From Minisyncoccota bacterium (GTDB lineage: Bacteria > Patescibacteriota > Minisyncoccia > Phycocordibacterales > CAIZLB01), in contig JAIPIA010000002.1 in the NCBI GenBank assembly GCA_021734945.1, forward strand, positions 258,829-322,828: a stretch of 64,000 nt of DNA. The letters are read 5' to 3'. Shown here piece after piece: positions 59,028 through 64,000 of the stretch; position 1 is the first letter of the stretch; each line of letters begins with the position of its first letter. The notes beneath the pieces are model-generated. The model was not told the DNA's origin, made no database searches, and worked only from the letters and a program-made list of their open reading frames with translations. Made by a program: the position numbers and the translations under genes.

Positions 59028-61151
59028 ATGAGTATATACATGACCGGAAGTTATTTTCACAAAAAAATAATTCTTATTCTTGCACTCGTGGCTTTTTTAG
59101 TGAGTGGATTTTTTCCAACAAATGTTATTGAAGCTGCAACAAATGACGCTACTGATCAAGTTTTTAATATTGTAGGGAAACAAGCAGGTACCCCTACACC
59201 TCCTAAAAGCCAGGCTCAAGCACTTCAAGATCTTCAAAAAGCAGCAGGCCTTCCTGTAACAAATCCAGTACCTGCTTCTGGTAGTGTTGTTAATACAATG
59301 ACTGGGAAGACCCAAAAAAGCCAAGCCGAGCTTGTTCAAGCGGCAAAGAATGCACCACCTGCAAAATCACAAACATCTAAAAATGATGAGATTTACTGTT
59401 TCGACTTCGGAGGAGAGGGTTTAACAGGAGCTAGATTTAGTCTAACAGGATGTGGAGCTATCGTAGCGTTTGCAATTTTAGGTGTTGCCTCATGGGTTCT
59501 ATGGCTTTCAGCTATCCTTTTTAATGCAACAATAAGCTATACATTAAACATGGCTGGTTTTTTAAGTGATGTTCCTATTGTTGCACTTGGATGGACCACT
59601 TTTAGAGATCTAGCAAACTTATTTTTTGTTTTCATAATTCTCTATATTGCAATCAACACGATTGTTGGAAATGAAGGGTATGGAATTAAAAAACTCCTCG
59701 GAAAAGTAATTGTCACAGCAATGCTCATAAACTTCAGTTTGTTTTTTACACAAGCAATGATTGATGGTTCGAACATTATGGCTCTGCAGTTCTATCACAA
59801 GATAATTCAAGACTCTAGCGATTCTGCTGGGGCTGATGGAGGACTCAACTCACTCGATGGTGGCATCTCTGCTGCTTTTGTAAAAGGACTTGGGTTACAA
59901 GAGGTGTGGGGAATAGGACAAGAAGCATCAAAAGAGTCTGGGGCTAATAGTCTTGACCCAAATGACGCCTCTACCCAAAAACTTGGTCTCAACTCAGGTA
60001 ATCTCTTGATTGTAGGACTTGGTGGAACAGTTCTTGTGCTTATTACTGCTTTTGTATTTTTTGCTGCAACCCTTATGTTCTTACTTAGAACAGTAACATT
60101 AGTATTTTTGATGATTCTTTCACCTCTCGCTTTCATGGGTAGCGTACTACCAGCTCTAGGAGATGTTACAAAGAAGTGGTGGAGTAAACTGTTTAATAAT
60201 TTACTCTTTGCTCCAGCATACATGACCCTTTTATATCTTGTGATAAGTATGATCACCAAAGGTGGCTTTACTGGTGTTAGAGGGGGAGGTTCTTTCTACC
60301 AACTCTTTAGTGGAAATGACAATATGATTGGGGCTGCAATGACTTTCGTAGTACTTAACGCCCTTATGGTTGGATGTCTCCTTATCGCAAGTAGTTTTGG
60401 AGTTGCTGGTTCAAAATGGGCAGAAAGTACAGGTATGGGACTTGCAACAAACTTGGGTATGAAGTTCAGTGGCGCAAACTTGGGTATGGGTATTGCTAGA
60501 AGTGGTTTAGGTGTGGCTGGAGGAGCAATAACATCGTTTGCAAAACCACTTGCCTCTTCAAATTTTGGACGAGTTATCGGTGGAGCAGCATTACTACGAG
60601 GTGGGCAAGCTCTTAAGGACGTAAAAGTAGGTGGTAAAAGTTATAAAGATGCAATAAAAGCGAAAGAGGATCAAATTTCAAAAGAGTATGAGGCTATTAA
60701 AGAAACAGATACAAACATCGTTCAAAGAAGATGGGAGAGTACACAAAGTTTTGATGCTAGAAAGGCGAAAGCAGATGCTTTGGAAACTAAAAATCAAAAT
60801 AGGGCTGATGCTAGAATTGGAGTAACAACTGACCAAAGAACTGGAAAAGTAAGTAAAAAAGGTTTCGGAATTCCTTCTATTTTAGGTGGTACAGCAGCAA
60901 GGCACAATGCACAGAAAAAATTATCTAAAGGAAGAGAAGGTGATGTAGATAAATCTATCAAAAAACCTTTTGAGAAAGCAGTCCAAGAAGCAAGAGAAAA
61001 CCTTAAAGGAGCTCTGTATGATCAGAAACAAAACCCAGGGAATCTTGCCTTCACAACCGCCGTTGCAACAGCTCAAGGAAATCTAAGAACTGCCCAATCA
61101 AATCTTAAGAGACTTTTTGACGGAGGCCCCGCACCAACACCAACACCTTAA
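59028..61151 (+). CDS. VirB6/TrbL-like polytopic membrane protein
   Basis: GWTTFRDLAN, LINFSLF, LMILSPLAF, KWW; many TM helices plus Gly-rich tail; upstream of PrgI. Confidence 0.7.
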   Translation: MSIYMTGSYFHKKIILILALVAFLVSGFFPTNVIEAATNDATDQVFNIVGKQAGTPTPPKSQAQALQDLQKAAGLPVTNPVPASGSVVNTMTGKTQKSQAELVQAAKNAPPAKSQTSKNDEIYCFDFGGEGLTGARFSLTGCGAIVAFAILGVASWVLWLSAILFNATISYTLNMAGFLSDVPIVALGWTTFRDLANLFFVFIILYIAINTIVGNEGYGIKKLLGKVIVTAMLINFSLFFTQAMIDGSNIMALQFYHKIIQDSSDSAGADGGLNSLDGGISAAFVKGLGLQEVWGIGQEASKESGANSLDPNDASTQKLGLNSGNLLIVGLGGTVLVLITAFVFFAATLMFLLRTVTLVFLMILSPLAFMGSVLPALGDVTKKWWSKLFNNLLFAPAYMTLLYLVISMITKGGFTGVRGGGSFYQLFSGNDNMIGAAMTFVVLNALMVGCLLIASSFGVAGSKWAESTGMGLATNLGMKFSGANLGMGIARSGLGVAGGAITSFAKPLASSNFGRVIGGAALLRGGQALKDVKVGGKSYKDAIKAKEDQISKEYEAIKETDTNIVQRRWESTQSFDARKAKADALETKNQNRADARIGVTTDQRTGKVSKKGFGIPSILGGTAARHNAQKKLSKGREGDVDKSIKKPFEKAVQEARENLKGALYDQKQNPGNLAFTTAVATAQGNLRTAQSNLKRLFDGGPAPTPTP

Positions 61152-61158
61152 AAACCAT

Positions 61159-61857
61159 ATGAAAAAAATTGAAGAAAAAGATTTTGAAAAAAAACTAGCA
61201 GAAGCACCAAAAGATGTGTCTCTGTTCATAACTGGTTTATATGTAGACCCTACTCTTGAACAAATGATAGGAGAAGATACTGAGGACTATCTTGTAATTG
61301 TGAATGAATTAGCTAATCAAATTGCATATTTTATTCTTGGTCTCCTTACTATTCAAGAGTTTAAAGATAACCTCGCAGAGGTCTTATACCTTGAGGGTGT
61401 GGTTGAAGTTCAAAAAGCATATGATGCAATAAATAAATTTGTAATCTCAAAACTAAATACAAAAGAAGGCATGAATATTGAAGAAAATAAAATTGAAGAT
61501 GCAAAACTAGCTGACTTAGCACATATATCCCACCACGACCTCCTCAGTGAAATTGAAAATCCAACACCATCGATAAAAACTACAGCAAGTTTTCAAGCTA
61601 ATCTTGGAGCAAATATAGTGAAAACAACTACTCCAGTAACAGCCCAGACTAACCCAACAACAACTCAAAAAAACCCCACAAACACATCAACAATAACCTC
61701 TCTCCATTCACCAGAACCAGTTGCACCATACACAAATCCAGCCTTAAATATAGCCGCGAAATTGGATCAAAAATTATCTACACCATCTGCTTCTATTCCA
61801 AAAGATATATATGTATCAAAAAAACCAGACCCATATCACGAACCAGTAAACCTCTAA
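61159..61857 (+). CDS. Hypothetical protein with Pro/Thr-rich linker and C-terminal DPYHEP motif
   Basis: Start adjusted to MKKIEE; helical N-domain. Confidence 0.7.
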   Translation: MKKIEEKDFEKKLAEAPKDVSLFITGLYVDPTLEQMIGEDTEDYLVIVNELANQIAYFILGLLTIQEFKDNLAEVLYLEGVVEVQKAYDAINKFVISKLNTKEGMNIEENKIEDAKLADLAHISHHDLLSEIENPTPSIKTTASFQANLGANIVKTTTPVTAQTNPTTTQKNPTNTSTITSLHSPEPVAPYTNPALNIAAKLDQKLSTPSASIPKDIYVSKKPDPYHEPVNL

Positions 61858-61873
61858 AAACTAAAATTCACCA

Positions 61874-62191
61874 ATGAAAAACTCCCTCGAAGCAAACGAA
61901 AAATTCAAACTACTCCCAGAGGATGCAAAGTCAGCTGTTCGAGACTTTGAATATGATAAAACACTCAAAGTGATACACGACACCTACAAGCTCCATATAG
62001 ATCAAGCTTACACACTCGAAAAAGCTGTGGCAGACGTTATTTTTGGAGATATAGAGCCACACGATCTTGTTTCTTTTCTTAAAAATGAGTTACGACTCAC
62101 TCCTGAAACTGCATTACAACTGAGTACAGACATTAATACAAAAATTCTTCTACCTATCCAAGCAAAGATGCGAGCGATACAGGCTGAATAA
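61874..62191 (+). CDS. Hypothetical helical protein (LHIDQ motif)
   Basis: 105-aa ORF in operon context. Confidence 0.7.
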   Translation: MKNSLEANEKFKLLPEDAKSAVRDFEYDKTLKVIHDTYKLHIDQAYTLEKAVADVIFGDIEPHDLVSFLKNELRLTPETALQLSTDINTKILLPIQAKMRAIQAE

Positions 62192-62227
62192 CTTTCTACA
62201 TAACTTTAGTGCTATACTTATTAATAT

Positions 62228-62695
62228 ATGCGTTATCAAGTTCCACAATTTATCGAAGTAGAAGATAAAATATTTGGACCTTTTACATTTAAACAATTTA
62301 TCTACATGGCTGGAGGAGCTGGTCTTTGTTTTATTGCATACAGGACACTCCCATTCTTAGCAGCTATTGTTATTATGGTTCCTGCTGGCGGTTTTGCAGC
62401 AGCATTGGCTTTCTATAAACCCAACAACAGGCCTTTTATTAATGCTATCGAATCTGCTTTCAACTACTACATTACACAAAAGCTATATATCTGGAGAAAG
62501 GTTGATAAGAAAGTTGAACCAAAAACTATCACTGAGGTACTTGAAGCAGCAAAATCATCAGTGTCAGTTCCAAAACTTTCGGAAAGTCACCTCAAAGATT
62601 TAGCGTGGAGTCTCGATATTAATGAAACTATTTATTCAAGAGAATCTGGAAAACTCCAAGGTAGAAATGATGCTCCAAACTCAAAGCCTTTTTAG
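62228..62695 (+). CDS. PrgI-family (VirB3-like) membrane protein
   Basis: YQVPQFIEVEDKIFGPFTFKQF, two TM helices, RPF. Confidence 0.88.
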   Translation: MRYQVPQFIEVEDKIFGPFTFKQFIYMAGGAGLCFIAYRTLPFLAAIVIMVPAGGFAAALAFYKPNNRPFINAIESAFNYYITQKLYIWRKVDKKVEPKTITEVLEAAKSSVSVPKLSESHLKDLAWSLDINETIYSRESGKLQGRNDAPNSKPF

Positions 62696-62774
62696 ACATT
62701 ATCTCTAGCTAGCAGAAGATCGACCTACACTCTTTTTTAAACTGAAGAACATCACATATTTTTACTTTTTCTAG

Positions 62775-62860
62775 TTGCGTTTGGGCCAAACAATGCTAAT
62801 ATATTAATCACATGGCCGAGAGGCTCCGAGAAAACCCTACAAATCGTAGGGTTTTCGTAT
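62775..62860 (+). ncRNA. Candidate small RNA convergent with mazF-like gene
   Basis: TTGCGT-N16-(TGC)TAATAT promoter; GCC-GAGA-GGC hairpin; GAAAACCCTAC/GTAGGGTTTTC 11-bp stem. Confidence 0.4.
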
Positions 62861-62861
62861 T

Positions 62862-63247
62862 TTAGAATATTAAACTGACAAATAAAGATTTAATTTCTTC
62901 AAAAATAAATTTATCCAATCTCCTTATTTTTCTTGTTAGCCTTTTAGTACTGATCACTTTCACATGCTCCAACATTACATTCGAGGTCAAACCCTTGTTT
63001 TCAAGTTTATAATGAGACCTTATGTCTTTACTTTTAGAAGTTAATGGGGCAACCAAAGCAATCTTTCTATTAAAAACCTTTAAGACAAGAACAGGTCTCT
63101 CAAAAGAACTGTTTTACCGCAAGACTCTGACCCTGTATTAATACCTAAATTACACCACCATATTTCCCTTCTATTACAGAAAAATTCATCTCGATCAGTC
63201 TCTATTTTCTTTTTAAGAATATTCCAATTATCAAAGTCTTTAAGCAT
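62862..63247 (-). pseudogene. PemK/MazF-family toxin, frameshifted
   Basis: KDFDNWN..KK...REIWWCNLGINTGSESCGK, frameshift at A4 (63112-63115), then SFERPVLVLKVFN...VAPLTSK...ISTKRL. Confidence 0.85.
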
Positions 63248-63355
63248 AAAATTAAACTTATCAACTTGTAGATAAAGTCTTAATAAAAAACTTATAAAAA
63301 ATCTACCTAAATAAGACGTTTCAAAAAAGTGTGTATTGCTATATAATTGTCCTAT

Positions 63356-64000
63356 ATGGCTATTGATGCAAAACCAACTCAATCGTTCGTTCCAATAAAA
63401 GAAATCCGTGATGGTGTCATTGTTCTAAAAGATGGCTCTCTTCGCTCTATTTTACTTGCTTCATCTTTGAACTTCGCTCTCAAATCATCAGAAGAACAGC
63501 AATCTATTATCTTTCAATTTCAAAACTTTCTTAACTCAATAAATTTCTCTATCCAGATTTATACACAGTCTCGGAGACTTGATATACGTCCATACATAGC
63601 CCTTTTAGAGGAACGTCTCAAGGATCAGGTGGGGGATTTGATGAAAATGCAGACCCGAGAATACATTGAGTTCATCAAAAGCTTTACAGAATCAACTAGT
63701 ATTATGACAAAAAGCTTTTTTATTGTTGTTTCTTACTCAGCTCCAGCGCTTGGTGGAACAACAGCTATAAAAAAGTCATTCTTTGGAGGATCAAAAGGAA
63801 GTAAAAAAGATCAGGAGAAAACAACATTTGAAGAAAGCCGAAGTCAGCTTCAGCAACGAGTAGAGGTAGTTGAGCAAGGGCTTGTACGATGTGGTATTCG
63901 TATTGCAAACCTTGGTACAGAGGAGTTGATCGAGTTATTCTACAAAACATTTAACCCAGGAGATGTAGAAAAACCAATTCACCTTACTCAACAGAAGTAA
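63356..64000 (+). CDS. TraC/VirB4-associated protein of the T4SS-like locus
   Basis: IKEIRDGVIVLKDG, NFALKS.EEQ, FQNFLNS, YIEFI; follows PrgI; TAA at 63998-64000. Confidence 0.75.
   Translation: MAIDAKPTQSFVPIKEIRDGVIVLKDGSLRSILLASSLNFALKSSEEQQSIIFQFQNFLNSINFSIQIYTQSRRLDIRPYIALLEERLKDQVGDLMKMQTREYIEFIKSFTESTSIMTKSFFIVVSYSAPALGGTTAIKKSFFGGSKGSKKDQEKTTFEESRSQLQQRVEVVEQGLVRCGIRIANLGTEELIELFYKTFNPGDVEKPIHLTQQK

Noticed and set aside
60448-60488. 14-bp direct repeat CAAACTTGGGTATG in the VirB6-like gene
   Set aside because: An in-frame micro-duplication (NLGM twice) in a Gly-rich tail; no sign of a mobile or diversifying system.
218-63950. Many short antisense or overlapping ORFs in the track (e.g. 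1722-2045, 4496-4879, 12916-13257, 39322-39714, 43104-43543, 59807-60259)
   Set aside because: They are shadows of real genes, tRNAs or regulatory DNA, with no recognisable motifs.
1-64000. Alternative genetic code (UGA=Gly) or general TAG recoding
   Set aside because: Conserved genes are full length in code 11 and end at TGA or TAG (e.g. pgk TGA, rpsO TAG); the single in-frame TAG at 39970 fits a point mutation.

Overview
This is an AT-rich chromosomal segment of a small-genome bacterium using genetic code 11. It is most likely Patescibacteria/CPR (Parcubacteria-like), inferred from protein families, near-leaderless promoters and CGA-rich Arg usage. It carries the start of the S10 operon and a fragmented str operon (rpsL-rpsG // fusA // tuf). 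It also holds a type IV pilus cluster, dispersed competence genes (split comEC, comM, yraN), housekeeping genes, four CCA-less tRNAs beside the CCA-adding enzyme, and a parS/DnaA-box cluster at about 42.8-45.8 kb. The right end is the start of a CPR-type T4SS-like locus (VirB6-like, PrgI, VirB4-associated) interrupted by a frameshifted MazF/PemK gene. The most unusual signal is a pair of ~190-bp non-coding elements, one behind each tRNA-Gly. Each ends in a copy of the tRNA 3' end, and the two share architecture but not core sequence. Other notable signals are a convergent promoter and hairpin sRNA behind the orphan MazF, a ~300-nt structured ncRNA candidate at 45.3-45.6 kb, structured leaders (tpiA, nusA, rpsL-rpsG), an S12 lacking the conserved DLPG proline, and GC-richer orphan cassettes. 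All calls come from reading the sequence; no searches or folding programs were run.
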